A stretch of 64,000 nucleotides of DNA from Octopus sinensis. Taxonomy: Eukaryota. Each line of letters starts with the position of its first letter. Position 1 is the stretch's first letter. Below the pieces are notes generated by a model. The model saw only the letters and a list, made by a program, of their open reading frames with translations, made no database searches and was not told where the DNA came from. The DNA is taken from the NCBI RefSeq assembly GCF_006345805.1, contig NC_043002.1, positions 64,356,001-64,420,000 of the forward strand. The letters are read 5' to 3'. Positions 26,550 through 40,845 of the stretch are shown here, piece after piece. The translations under genes and the position numbers were made by a program.

Positions 26550-27085
26550 CTGAGTGAGCGAGCAGCGCAAGCAATCAAAGTAAAAATGGGGTACGTATAT
26601 GTGAAGCTCAATATATACACCATGACTACCCGTCTGATAAGCGTACACCAGGCACATGCATCACAAACATGTCCGCGACATGGTAATTTCATATTAAGTT
26701 AAACAACGCATTACTTTGCAGGTGGGCCCAGTTAGTATTTTCTTCAGGTCCATTAGATCATCCCGCTCAACTGTCCTTGAATAAGAGTTGTTTAAGGATG
26801 TTGAACGAAACATTTCTGTTTACAGAGGTGAATTATTGAAACTTCAAAGAATTCGTCTCAACACATGACTATGATGCTCCCCACCTTTTTATGCTTGTGA
26901 TCAGCGATGCACATATGCTCAACTCGTTGAGGCCAAGCAACTGACAAGCAAATCTCTGGTAATGAGCAGAATATTTGCTGTAGCATATCTTTTATACGAA
27001 GTCCAATCAATGTACTTCATAAAACTTCCAACCGTAAAGATCGGAGTCGATGAGATCCAGTGCTTTGTACATCATCAGGGCAGTA
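26550..27085. mobile_element. ~530-bp non-coding interspersed repeat sitting between two (ATT)n arrays
   Basis: No ORF and no R4 protein similarity. (ATT)n lies directly on both sides. Recalled as a high-copy Octopus repeat (not verified). Confidence 0.55.
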
Positions 27086-27152
27086 TGATTATTATTATTA
27101 TTATTATTATTATTGTTGTTGTTGTTGTTGTTGTTGTTAGCATCATCATCAT

Positions 27153-29974
27153 TTTCACATGCATCGTCTTTCGATTCTGCTTCCATTTCCTGCCGAGTGT
27201 CTTCCTGACATCTAGAGCATAGTAACGTATTGTATACATTGGTAGACCATTAAAATAAGCACAACATATTGTTCACTTAGTCGTTTGATAGAAAAAAAGG
27301 AGAAGACCGAGACAAAAAGGAAAATATATGAAAAAGTTGTAAAATAAACTAATATAATATATGGGAGAAAACGAAAGTAAATTTACAGCGACAATGTTCT
27401 TTTCAATACGTTTGACGTAACTGATACGAAAATCTTTTGCGTTCCTGCATGGATGGCAAGCCAGGGTTCATCCTTAAATAATTTCCTTTTCCTTTTCTGA
27501 TCCCGCCAAGTACTTCTACAATCACTGGTATTGTAACCGTCTTGAGATACCACATCATTTCGATTTCCATTTGCTCATCTTTATATTTTCTAAGCTTATC
27601 AAATTATTTTTCCAAGATATTATGGTCACAGGTTATGTTCATATCAATCAATAAACAAACGTTATTGCTTTTGTCTTTCATAATAATATCTGGTTTAGTT
27701 ACCTTGATGGTCTGGTCTGTACATACTGGGAAGTTCCAACGAAGAGTTAAAATTTTCTTCTTCAGTTACAGCTGCAAGGTGGTGATTGTACAATTTGTCA
27801 GTAGTTTTGATTTTGTAATGCCGACACATTATCCAATGTAGATGTTGGCCATCTCTATCATGTCTTGATTTGTACTTAGCAGGTGCTAAAGCTTTACATC
27901 TAGGGATTAAGTGATTGACTGTTTCTATCCCATTGTTGCAGTATAGTCACTTTGGGTCTACACCATTTACATCACATTGGCTTAATAGTTCTGGGTCAAA
28001 AAACTCTGATCTTGGGCATTAAGCCGTCACTCTCTGCCTTTAACCCTGAGTTCCGTAGCCACTGCTGGGTGTTTCCGGTCTACATAAGTTTTATTGCTAC
28101 GGGGTACATATTTGCCATGCAGAGGTTCTCGTTCACACCTATGAGCCAGTTGTTCAAGCGTATTTTGCTTTGCTATTGATTTCAAACTTTTGCAAGTACA
28201 GTTGCTGCACTTCCTTTATGCGATTTCAAATTAGATCATACATCGGTCTCCTTGAGCTCTGGGGAGGTAAAGATGACTGCTTTTTGTGTGATGCATCTCT
28301 TTGAAAGTAAGCAGCTTACAGATTCTCTTGTCCAACTTCTTAAATTCGCTCATATTCCAGCTCAACATATTGAAACTGTAAATTACAACAGGCTCTGCTG
28401 AGGAATTTATAGGTAACACCTTGTTACATGCATTTAATTCGGATTTTATGACTGCTGGAACTCTCCTGTGACACTCATTCTTCATCTTCTCTTTCATACC
28501 TGCATGTTGAATTCTGGAGACCTCATTTATTCCTAGGAATTTCTATGAATGTTCCTGCTCGAGATTTTTATGAATGTATGAACATCCAATACCACTGACA
28601 GTGAGGTCTTTAGTTTCCCTTTCTGGAATGTGGCCTTGGCACATTCATGAAGACCAAATTTCGTCCCGATGTCATCACTGAATGACTTTACAGTACGCAA
28701 TAGTCCTTCAAGCTCATTATCCTCATTGCCAACGCGTTTTAAGTCATCCATATATAATATAGGACTTATTTCTTGTCGCAAATTTTATATCCATATTCTG
28801 TTCTTTTGAGTTCACTTGCAACGAGTATTATGGCTATGCAGAAAATGAAAGATGAAAATGAGTCACCTTGGAAAATGCTGCAGTTGATATTAATATTTTT
28901 TGCGGCCGGTACTACATTAGAGTGGTATAATTCAAAATATGTATTCCTCATTGACAAGTTGTGCTTCAGGAAGCTTGAAATCACAGGAGAAAATTTAAGG
29001 ATATCCAGCGATTTCAAGATTCATGAATGCAGTATGCTGTCGAAGGCCTTTTTAGAATCAATCCATACAGAACTGAGATTTCTGCATTTGCTATGGCAGT
29101 TCTTAATGATCATGAGATTGATTAAGAGTTGGTCTTTGCATGCATATGACCCTCGTCACCACCGTTTATATTCAGTGGGTAAATTATTGGTCTGTTCCAT
29201 AAATGTGTATGTTTTCTTCACGAAGATGCATGTCAAAATTTTATATTTGCCAGATAGATATGTTATGAGCCGATAGCTTTGGGGAAATTTGATTTCAATA
29301 TTTTGTTGCAGTGTTTCTTTTGCTGAAAGCAGTTCTTCGCTTGGTGGAATCTATTTTTTCTCTATATATTTCTTCCTTTTTTTACATTGTTTCCAGAGAT
29401 TAGTACATTCAATATTGATGATATTTCGCCTCTCATTATTTCAATATATTTTTCAATTTCTTTTCCAGTTTGGAATTCTTCTCAGATTTCTATTTCTTTG
29501 GGTTTTTTTTCCAGAGGCATACAACTGGTTTCAATTGTCTTAGCAAGCTACGTAAATAATTTCACTTAATTCAGTTAGATCTAGATTTCTTTTGTTACAT
29601 AGCTTCCAATTTTAATTTTTATATTTTGGATTGTATATGAGAGCTTATGAAGTGGTTTATTATAATGCATATTGGTGTGTCTTACAACTTATTCGGGATT
29701 TTCTGCTTCAGTTCTATTATATATTCTCTGTGTTTTCAGCAAATGTGTAGTCTTCAAAAATTATTTCTTTTAACATTTTTCTCGCTATCTTTATCGGGTC
29801 CATTACAATTTATTTCTCCAAACGTTTGCGTGTTCTGTTCAGATGGCTGTCTTTCAGTTGAGCCTCGTGGAGACTTGTTCTCTTCGTCTGGTCATTCGTT
29901 TCCTTATTGTTTATATTTAGGTCATTTCCCGCCACGGACATCATCGCAGCTATTTCACTATCTGTGAGACTTGC
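27153..29974 (-). mobile_element. R4/Dong copy 3 (near full-length, heavily decayed)
   Basis: ISPILYMDDLK, IFQGDSFS, KFGLHECAKATFQKGKLK, an RLE remnant at ~27400-27750, and N-terminal SLTDSEIAA homologous to copy 7 RLTDSEISA. The 3' UTR resembles copies 2 and 7. Confidence 0.9.
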
Positions 29975-30065
29975 ATTATTATTATTATTATTACTATTAT
30001 TATTATTATTATCATCATTATCATTATTATTATTATGATTGTTGTTTTTGTTGTTATTATTATTA

Positions 30066-30881
30066 GTATTATATGTTTCAGTTTTGCTTTGTATTTGTAC
30101 AAGTTGACTCCATATCTCACCCAGAGACCTCAAGAGAAAACAAGTTATAAGTTGAAGTTGATGTTACGCCTAGAGTGCCATATATTTTGTTTTGCCCAAA
30201 GTATTCTTCTAGAGAATGTTTAAGTAAGCATACGAATATTATAAGTTTGTTTTAACATTTGAGATTACGTAGACTGTGTTTTACGTAGGATATAGGCAGT
30301 TCCCATGAGCACTATCTATTGAATTTCTGCCATTTTGGGGTTTTCTGAATCAGCCCCTTTTGCAATATTCCCAAGAGTACCTATGACAACAGGTATTGTT
30401 TTAGTCTTGAGGTTCCACATTTTGCCAATTACTATTTCAAGATCTTTATACTTGCTCCATTTTTGATAAGTGTTGATACAAACACTTATGTCGGGTAGGA
30501 GAGTTATATCATTGAGGAGGCATGATTTTTGTCTGAAATCTTTGAATATAATGTCTGGCCTATTTGCATCGATTGTCTCAGTTTGAACAGTGAAGTTCCA
30601 TAGGCGTGAGATGTGGTCATTTTCACGCATTTGAGGTAGTTTGTATTCCCACAACTTTATATCATGGGGCAGGTCCAAATTTTTCGAATTACCAGGTAAA
30701 TATACTGTGCTTGTCTATCATGTCTGCTGAGATACTTTGTAGGCGCAAGAGGACTAAACATGGAGACATGATCAATGGTTTTATGTTGTTCTTCACATAC
30801 ACGACATTTTGGGTTACTGTCGTTCATTAATATGTTGACCTGGTAGCTCTTTGTAAGCATTGATAAACCTTTCTGCTTCTG
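30066..30881 (-). mobile_element. R4/Dong copy 4 (3' ~815 bp, different subfamily)
   Basis: PKCRVCEEQHKTIDHV...RHD...WNFTVQTETIDANRPDII...KYKDLEIVIGKMWNLKTKTIPVVIGTLG. The 3' UTR is distinct. Confidence 0.9.
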
Positions 30882-30947
30882 AATACTACTACAATTATTA
30901 TTATTATCATCATCATCATCATCATCATCACCACGACCACGACCACC

Positions 30948-30991
<44 letters not shown>

Positions 30992-31136
30992 CACACCACC
31001 TCTGAATTTTTTTCAAAACATCAGCAAAATATATAACAATAAAAAATAATGATTTATAGAAATGCTTCGAATATAGTAGCAAATTCTTTCTGAAGTTCAC
31101 CAAGTAATAGCAATAATAATAATAATAATGATGATG

Positions 31137-31240
<104 letters not shown>

Positions 31241-31457
31241 TAAATGATAAACAAATATATATATATATATAAAACGACAGTATAAAACTAACATGAATGT
31301 ATAAATTAAGAAACAGCCGAATAGAAATAATGAACTCTAATTAAAATTCTGTTGTCTTCATTACACTTCAGAATATATGCGTTTAGTTATTCCTTTCTTC
31401 AGGATTGGTTCTGCTTTTAATTCTTCTTGCTTTTCATTGTTTTTATTATTAATATTA

Positions 31458-31531
<74 letters not shown>

Positions 31532-33495
31532 TTCTGTTTATCACAGATCCTAGCATGCGTAGCGGGCTTATTACACGCAGCATACGGTACCATGCTATTC
31601 ATTTTTTCCAGCTATATGATGCTTTCCTGATTATTCTCGACAAGCCAAGGGGGCAAAACTTTTCTAACAGTTCTACAGGGCACACTGTTCCAATTTTCTT
31701 TATATTCCTCTTGATGCCTTCTGATATTGTCCCCCAAAACTCAACAATGACTGGCACTGTCTTCACGTTCTTCATTTTCCATAGCTAGGCTATTTATACT
31801 AAACTGGGTATGTTTATCTATCTGTCTTTTCACCTTCCTTCTTGACTATTCGGGGGTCAAAGGGACATGCAACGTCAACTATATAGCCCACTACCACTAG
31901 GTCCAGTCTGTTTAGCTCCAGCATTCGATCTGTTTGGAATGGGAAATCCCAGAGGATTTTGCTTGTCTCCCACTCTGCCACTCTTTCTGGTTTGTGCTCA
32001 TACCACGTTTTGCCTCTCACCAGCTGCCACTTTTCTCACAGTTTCTAGTGTAGCACTTCCACAACCTGGTCATGTCACTACAACTTGTGATTTGGTTCAA
32101 GTCTAGGTCATTCGTTCGTGATATGAGCAATGGTTTCATCCACCTTATTGCAGATGCGGCACAGCGTAGACAGTTGCTCATTCCTCAGGTTGACCCTCCA
32201 GTTAGTGATCAGATCTTGGTCCTTCGCTGCTAGTATAGTGATCTCGGTCTCTTTCATTTCATCAGCCAGTCCCACCTATTTTTTCCAGCAACTTCCGTTG
32301 TGACTGCATGGAATTGATTGTGTAGTCCCTTCTTGCGTAGTTCTTCTTCATGTCCTTTTTTGTACTTCCTTTGTTTTCCCTTTTTTCCCTGTTCTGAATA
32401 CTCAGTCTCTCTTGTTACTTACAAGGTTTCCTTACTGGGGTTACGTATCTCGTTAAGCTGTCGAGTAAGATAATCACGAAATCCTCCACATTTATCAGTC
32501 CCCTTTCCTCATTTGCTCTCTTTATGTATTTGCAATCAGCGTCTGCACGTGGATGATTGGCTCCATACACCGTTAAGTGCTTTCTTGACTTCTTGCCCAT
32601 CTCTTTAGCTCCTCCTCTGTCCACTTCATGATTCCTGCGCGATACCGAACTATTGCGACTGTGCGTGAGGTTATCGCATAAATTATCTTTCTTGCATTGT
32701 GTTTTGAAGCCTATAGTTTTCTCATTCGCCGCAGGTACTCTCTTTTTGTCTTTTTATTCATGTCGTGGTGTTTGAATCCATATGCCTCATGTATTCAGAG
32801 GTATTTAAAGCCGGACTGAGGCTGAACTGCCTTCATCATTTCACCCGGTGGTAACCATATGTCTTGTGTCCTGGCAAGCTTTCCTCCCCTCATCACCATC
32901 GTAGCACATTTTGATAGTCCGAACTGCATCTCTGGAGAAAATCCGCACAACCTTGACTAGGCTGTCCCGATCTGCCTCACCTTTTCTGAATAGCTTCAGG
33001 TCGTCGATGAATAGCAAGTGTTTTAGTTTTCCCTTACTATTTCGTAGATCATACTCCAGCTTCGTCGTTTCTGGTACTTCACTCAAGGGGCACATTCCCA
33101 GCACCAATATCAGTGGGGACACACTGTCCCCGTGGCAAATTCTTCTCTAGATTTTCACCTATCCTAGTACTTGCATCCTTGCCGTCAATTCCTAACTCCA
33201 GTATTTCATGCTACTCCATATAAGGCTTCTCATATTGTCTGCCTCTCCATGCATTTCCAGTGTTCATATATCCAGGACTGTGGTATCATATCGTATGTTT
33301 TGCGATAGTCAAACCATGCCCTGTTCAGGTTTGCATGTCTTCTCTTGCAGTTCCTGATAATTAGATTATCAATTAAGAGCTGATCCTTCATTCCCGGGCC
33401 CCTCTTTCTCACCCTTTCTATTCATTGGGTACTAGACCACTTTTTGCCAAGTATATGTACAGTTTACCGCTAAAGATACCTGACATTAGTTTATT
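31532..33495 (-). mobile_element. R4/Dong copy 5 (5'-truncated in RT, divergent subfamily)
   Basis: MKDQLLIDN...[63 protein letters not shown]. Confidence 0.88.
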
Positions 33496-33649
33496 AACAT
33501 TATTGTTTTTATTGTTTTTATTATTATTATTATTATTATTGTTGTTGTTGTTTTGTTGTTGTTGTTGTGGTTGTTTTTCTTGTTGTTGATGTTGATGCTG
33601 TTGTTGTTATTATTAGTAGTAGTAGTGCAAATAGTAGTAGTAGTAGTAT

Positions 33650-33693
<44 letters not shown>

Positions 33694-34267
33694 CTAGTAG
33701 TAGTAGTAGTAGTAGACAATTATAACTGCATGTTTTATAAAATATCCTAATAAATTTCTCGTACATCTATACAATGGAGATACGTTATGGAATGTCACAA
33801 GGGCTTTTTTGATTTCTCTTTCGTTTCTTTGTTTTGTTTTATTTTTGTTTTGTTTTGTTTTTTGTTTTGTTTTTTTGTTTGTTTTTGTTTTGCTGGCATT
33901 TGTTGTGTTGTAATTTGCTGTTTGTTTTCTGCACCAACAATGAAACGAACTCTGGCAAACGAAAGTTTTTTTCAGGTACGCAGAAAAATGCTTTCTTACA
34001 TGTTCAATAAGACAATTGTATCAAATGATTTATTTGTTTTATGGCATTTCGTCCTCCCGATTGTCTGCACTTCATGATCAGAAAAAGCAATTTGCTTAAG
34101 TGCAATAGTTCCTCTTAGGATAACGCAATTGCCATCTCTTTCTCGCTTCCTATTGAACTATGCATGACTCTACCTATCGACCTGTCTCTCTTTCTACTTA
34201 ACTATCATTATATGCATTTTTATATACGAAGTCATATATAAATGAGTATGCGTGCGCTTGTTGATGC

Positions 34268-34281
34268 GTGCATGTGTATGC

Positions 34282-34315
<34 letters not shown>

Positions 34316-34407
34316 GTGCGTGTGTGTGTGTATGTATGTATGTTTATATGCGTGTACATGTATATATATATATTTGTATATATATATGTATATATATACA
34401 TATATAC

Positions 34408-34451
<44 letters not shown>

Positions 34452-34496
34452 ACATATATATATGTATATATAAATATATATATATATGTATATATA

Positions 34497-34542
<46 letters not shown>

Positions 34543-34632
34543 ATAAATATATATATATATATTTGTGTGTATGTATGTATATAAGTATGTATGTATGTAT
34601 GTATGTAAGTGTATGCACGCATGTATGTATGT
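34268..34632. repeat. Compound (TA)n/(TG)n/(TATG)n microsatellite
   Basis: Direct reading. Confidence 0.9.
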
Positions 34633-35355
34633 AAACGTATATATATTCAGATATGCACATGTAGCATCCGGAAATATAGTTCATCTGGGAGAAAAAATCA
34701 GTACTCTAATTATATCAAAGTAGATGAAAAGATGTAGAGTGAAAAATTGAACATAGAACATGAGAGATAAATCAATCTATATAATAATGGATAAACCAAG
34801 TGTCTTGAAGAAATGTTAGTTTGGGTCAAAGAACGGGAAAGGAATTACGAAATGAAACAGCATAGCAATACACAAACAGACAGACACACACAGAGTAGTG
34901 TAGTACATACGCACATGCATAGATGCAGGCACACAAGTATTTTGGAACGGAAAAACGGGAAGTTCTATCCTGTCCTTAAGGACATGACAAAAGAATGCAG
35001 TATCATAACCAGAAAGCACGTCACATCACGTCAACTTATATACTGAGCATATTCCTGTCATGCGCAATGAATGGATAACCATATTTCGAAGCTTTCCCTC
35101 ATTGTCCCACTGATTCAAATGCATATGGCTAAACATCTATAATAGGACGCAGAACAATGTACATATCAATATGTATATGTCGTCCATATATATATGTAAT
35201 GGATAATAAGACAGATAGTTTACATCTGCACCACCGGATGTTCCTCACTAGATGTTGAGTGTCCAGCACATGAGAAATCGATGCTAAATGTGTCAAAACA
35301 ATTGCCGTGATTAATAAAAAATTCTCTTATATTCCATCTTCTGTCTTTCATCTGC

Positions 35356-35421
<66 letters not shown>

Positions 35422-35533
35422 CTGTGTATATGTGTGTGTGTATGTATGAATGTATGAATATGCATGTATGTATATGTGTATGTGTATACGTGTGTATATA
35501 TATAATAATAATAACAATTATTATTATTATTAT

Positions 35534-36376
35534 TTAGGTTTACCTTCATGTTTCTTACAATTACTTGCCGAGACACACCCACCGCCCTAGGATGAGTGAA
35601 GGATAAGAGATGGTACAGTATTACCGAAAGCTTGAGGGCTGGGAGTGGAACCGGCTGTACCGAAACAACTCGATATAACTTAACACAGACATTTAAATGT
35701 ATAGGGTTTTTCTAAGTATGTGGACAGTACTTCTCAGCACAATCGTTTAGATTTCTCTAAGAAATGGTTCTCCTAGGATATTATCTAGATGTTTCTGACA
35801 TCCCTTCTTTATCATACTTAGTGCACCTACAATAAAAGGATCAGTTCTCGCTTTAAGATATCACACCTTTTGCATTTCAATTTCCAAGTCCTTATATTTA
35901 CTTTGACAAATTCCTTTAGAGTTATATTTTATCAGTGGAAACACATCAATTAGTCTACAAGTATTTTCTTCACAGTTTTTAATAATTGTGTCTGGTCGAT
36001 TAGCCTGGATAGTTTTCTAGGTATTGACTGGAAAATCCCACAGGATAGTGAAGTTTTTACCTTCAATGACTGCCTCGGGATGATGTTCTTACTAGTAAAC
36101 AGGAGTGTTGATTTTGTTGTGTTTGCATATTTTCAAATGTAAATGCTGTCCTACACTACCGTGGCGGTTTTGTGTGTATTTTTTTTTGTGTGTGTGTGTG
36201 TCAGAACAGGACATCCCAAGACGAGATGCTCTACTGCTTTGTCTGATATGTCGCAGAATATGCATCTAGGGCCACAACCGTTTTGATGAACGATAGACTG
36301 GTAGGTTTTGGCAAGCAAGGTTTGAACTTGTGCCGCCAATATGAAGCCTTCAGTCTCTGATTTCAGTCCTGAAATT
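35534..36376 (-). mobile_element. R4/Dong copy 6 (3' ~840 bp)
   Basis: SGLKSETEGFILAAQVQTL...PRCIFCDISDKAVEHLVLGC, an RLE remnant and a 3' UTR. (ATT)n on both sides. Confidence 0.88.
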
Positions 36377-36603
36377 TTTATTATTATTATTACTATTATT
36401 ATTATGATTATGATTATGATTATTATTATTACTTATATTACTTTTCTTTCTTCTTTCAAATTTGCTTTCATTTCTTGCCGAGTGTCTTCCCGACTCCTAC
36501 GGCAAAGAAACTCATAGTAATAATTGGTAGGCCATTAAACTAAACTCAATAGTTCGATCATTTTTTTTTAAGTTAAATTAAAATACATGAGCAGCAACAG
36601 TTC

Positions 36604-37416
36604 TCACATCGGCAATGCTCTTCTCAATACGTGTGATGTACCAGTTAAGACAATCTTTTGCACTTCTTGCAGGGATGGTAAGCCAGGGATCATTCTCATA
36701 TCATTTTCGGTTCTCTTCTTGATCATTCCTAGTGCTCCTACGATCACTGGTATTGTAACCGCCTTGAGATGCCACATTTTCTCAATTTCAATGAGTAGGT
36801 CTTTATATTTTCTAAGCTTGTCAAACTCTTTCGCTGAGATATTATGATCACAGGGGATGCTCATGTCGATCAATAAGCAAACTTTATTGTTTTGGTCTTT
36901 CACAACAATATCTGGTTTATTGGCCTTGATGGTTCGGTCTGTATGTACTGGAAAGTCCCACAGAATGGTTACATTTTCTCCTTCAGTTACAGCCTCAGGG
37001 TGGTGATTATACCACTTGTCGGCAGTTTTGATATTGTAATGCCGACTTATTAGCCAGTGGAGATATTGGCCAACTCTGTCATGTCTTAATTTATACTCCA
37101 CTGGTGCTAAGACTTTACATCCAGAGCTTAGGTGGTCCACTGTTTCAATCATGTCGTTGCAGAATCGGCATTTTGGGTCTGCTCCATTTTTCATCACATT
37201 GGCCTGGTAGTTCCGCGTTAATAGGCTTTGGTCTTGAGCAGCCAGGATGAAACCTTCGCTCTCTGCTTTTAGCCCTGAGCTCCGCAGCCACTGATGGGTT
37301 TGCTTCTGGTCAACATCAGCTTGTTTGCTGCGGGTCACATATTTGCCGTGCAGAGGTTTCTCCTCCCACCTATCAGCCAATTGCTCGTGCGCTTTTTTCA
37401 TTGCCATCATATTCAC
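36604..37416 (-). pseudogene. Uninterrupted C-terminal CCHC + RLE region of copy 7 (270 aa)
   Basis: KPLHGKY...CRFCNDMIETVDHLSSGC...RHD...NKPDIVVKD...LIDMSIP...KLRKYKDL...PVIVGALG. Confidence 0.93.
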
Positions 37417-37775
37417 CTTCTTTGCAACAATAGTTGCCGTACTTCCCTCGGGTTGTTCAGTTTGGTATCCTGCACGAGATCAATAGCAAATTTTTTGCTT
37501 TCCTTGATGATAGAATGAAGCTTCTTTCGTCTCTCGTGATTTTCCACGAGCTTTAGCATCCAGTCATTCGATATTTCGAGATATTTGGCCAGTCCAATTG
37601 TGGTTGTTTTGTAAGCTAGTTCAAATTGGATCAGGCCTCGACCTCCTTGGGCTCTGGAAGGTAAAGGCGATCTACGTCTGCCTTTGGGTGGTGCATCCTA
37701 TTACAACTCAGCAGCTTGCGTATTTTTCTATCTATATTCTTTACTTCACTCATATTCCAGTTCAACACATTGTAG

Positions 37776-38600
37776 CTATAAGTAACAACTGGAACTGCTA
37801 AGGAATTTAGCTAACACCTTGTTACGTGCATTTAGTTCAGATTTCAGGACTGCACGAACTCTCCTATAACATTCCTTCCTGATTTTCTCTTTCATGCTTG
37901 CATGCTGAATACCAGAGCCTTCATTTATCTCTAAATATCTGTATGTTTGTTCTTGCTCAAGCTCTCTTATGACTGTGTCAACATCTAACACGACTGAATT
38001 TGTGGTCTTCACTTTCCCTTTCTGGAAAGTGGCCTTGGCACACTTCTCAAGTCCAAACTCCATCCCGATGTCATCGCTGAATGCTTTCACGGTGCGCAAT
38101 AGACCTTCAAGTTCATTATTGTCTTTACCATAAAGTTTTAAGTCATCCATATAAAATAGATGGCTTATTTTTTTATTGGCAATTTTATACCCATACCCTG
38201 TTCTGTTTAATTCACTTGTAAGGGGTATTAGGGCTATGCAGAATATTAAAGGTGAAAGTGAGTCACCTTGAAAAATTCCACAGTTGATGTTTATATTTTC
38301 TGAGGCAAGTACTCCATTAGAGTGGTATAATTGGAGATTCGTATTCCACAACGACATATTGTGCTTCAGAAAGTTTGAAATCACAGGGGAAACTTTGAAG
38401 ATGTCCAGCGATCTCAAGATCCATGGATGCGGTATACCGTCGAAGGCCTTTTTATAGTCAATCCATGCGGTGCTGAGATTTCTGCGCTTGTTGTGACAGT
38501 TCTCAAGGATCATACGATTGATTAGCAGTTGATCTTTGCATCCGTAAGAGCCTCGGCGGCACCCTTTTTGTTCAATGGGGAAAATATCGTTCTTCTCCAT
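37776..38600 (-). pseudogene. Reverse transcriptase core of copy 7 (274 aa)
   Basis: AWIDYKKAFDGIPH, GIFQGDSLSPLIF, HLFYMDDLKLYG, YRYLEI. Confidence 0.95.
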
Positions 38601-39802
38601 GAATGCATATGTTTTCTCCGCCAGGATAGATGTTAGGATTTTATACGTGGTGGATAGACAGGTTATAGGCCGATAGTTTTTGGAAGGTTGGTTTCGTTAT
38701 TCTTTGGGAGTAGGTAAGTAATGTTACTTGCTAACCATTCAGGTGTTTTCTTTGGGTCTCTCATAATTCCATTGAGCAGCTGAACTAGCTTACCGTGTGC
38801 GCACGGGAGCGATGCGAGCCAGAAATTCGGCACCCTATCTTTACCGGGGGATTTCCAATTATGGGCCTTCGTGAGTGCCTTTCTTAGGTCTGCTATTGTG
38901 ATGTCTTCCCATGCTGTTGTTGTAAATTTTGGTAGGATCCTTCAGTTTGTATAATCCAGTCTGCATTTATGTTGTACGTCTTCTTGTCACTCCAAATCCT
39001 TTTCCAAAAGTTTTGAAGTTCTTCCATGAGAGGGGGTCTTTACGGTTACTTTCTCCTTCCCTATTTCTCTGTAGAATTTTTTGGCATTGGATGTGAACAG
39101 CTTATTTTGCTTGTAAAACTTGTTTCTCTTCTCAAATCTTCGTATTCTTTGGGCTTTTGCTTGGACTTTTTGTTTCAGCGTTTCTTTTATTGATATCAGT
39201 TCTTCTCTTGGTGAGGAGCCAAATTTTCTCTTCATCTTTCTTCCTGTTCTGGATCTTACATCATTTCCACATATTAGTTCATTTAATATTGATATTTCCC
39301 CTCTCATAAATTCAATCTCTTTTTCAATTTTACTTCTCCAGGTTTGATTTCTTCCCAGGTTTTGTTTTCTTTGTTTTTTCGGGGGCATTCAGCTGGTTTC
39401 AATTGCCCTAGCAGAAGCGTAAATAATTTCATTTAACTCAGTAAAATCAGGTTTTAATTTCGTATTATTTCATTTGTTACATAGTTGCCAATTTGGATTT
39501 GTTTTTTATTTTGGTTTGTTTGAGAGTTATGAAGCGGTTCTCTATCATTCATACTTGTATGTCTTACAACTTCAAGCGTATTCAGGATTTTCTGCCTCAT
39601 TTCTGCCATAGACTCTCTGTGTTCTTCAGCAAATGCGAGATCTTCAGTTACTGTTGTTTTTTCGTTTTCCTGGCTATCTTTAACTGGTACAATAGAATTT
39701 CTTGTATCTTCAGGCCTTTGCGTACTTTGGTCAGATGGCAGTCTTCAATTAAGCCTCGTGGCGGACTATACTGTTCATCTGATTCTTCATTTCCTTTGTG
39801 TC

Positions 39803-40279
39803 TTATATTATGTCATTTTCCGTTGCGTGCTTGATCGCGCTTATTTCACTGTCTGTGAGTCTGTTATTTCTAAAGATATCCCTCCTCACATTTGCTAATT
39901 TGTTCTCGTCCAAATAGGGCCTACTGTCTTGATTCCGTGTTCTCCATATACTGTAAGAGTTTGCGGTGTGTCTCTCTTGAGATGGCCTACCTAATGCATA
40001 GTAATAAGCGTATATTACTTCTTTATACTCTTCTCGGGTCCATTTGTTCCGCTTACATTTTTCTTTCTGTGGTGGTTGTGGTGGTGAACTTGGAGGGCTC
40101 GAGTTGGGGGATTTCTCGTTCAAGTGACCATCCATGTCCGTATTCGGAGAAGAGCTTGTGCCAGTTGATGACTTTTCGATCCCAGGCTGGCTCTTCCCTG
40201 GGGGACGCGCTTCCAGATTAACCATATGACAAGCGATTTGGTATACTGATTTAGTTTTCCTTTTAGTTTCCAAAAACAT
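39803..40279 (-). pseudogene. N-terminal region of the copy 7 ORF
   Basis: R4-type KWT..E....YY motif. It is homologous to the 5' end of copy 3. Confidence 0.75.
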
Positions 40280-40845
40280 TTTGGTGCTACGATAATGTTA
40301 TCATTTTTTAGCTTTGATTGGCTCGTGGTGAGACGGCCATCATTGCCGTTACAATTGTAATCGTACCATTATAGCAGCCGTAGTCGGCTTATTATTGTTA
40401 TTATCATCACCATTACCATCACTATCATCATCATTATCATCATCACCATCACCATCACCACCATCATCATCAATGATATTGTTTTATGTGTAGTCACAGC
40501 AGTATCTTATTATTGTTATTTTTGTTTTTTTATCATTATTACCATCACAGTAGTGTCTGTCTGTCTCGTTGGCTGGCTTGGTGGTTGGCTGGCTGACTGT
40601 CTTCAACACTAGAGTTCTTGCCTGTCAAATAATACTTTCTTTGTGTTGGTTGAACTCTTTGAGTGTGTGTGTATGTGTAGATAGATAGATTATCAGCACT
40701 ATTACTATCATTATTATCATCATCACCATCATCACCATCACCATCAGTGATTTTTTTTTTTTTTCTCTTTAGGTGCGGTCCTATCGGTCAAAAAAAAAAA
40801 AAGTTCAGATGTTTACTACTATTAGGCTTAAGAAAAATTAAGGAA

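Larger units (their letters stand above)
36432..40285 (-). mobile_element. R4/Dong copy 7 (essentially full length, ~3.85 kb)
   Basis: N-terminal RNKWTREEYKEVIYAYY...LANVRRDI, then KAQRIRRFEKR, RT and RLE, all collinear. It carries a few stops and frameshifts. Confidence 0.95.

Noticed and set aside
40140-40215. Possible HDV-like ribozyme at the 5' end of R4 copy 7 (cccagg/cctggg and gaagagc/gctcttc pairings)
   Set aside because: Only ~3 nt separate the two helices, leaving no room for P3/L3. It also lies inside the predicted ORF.
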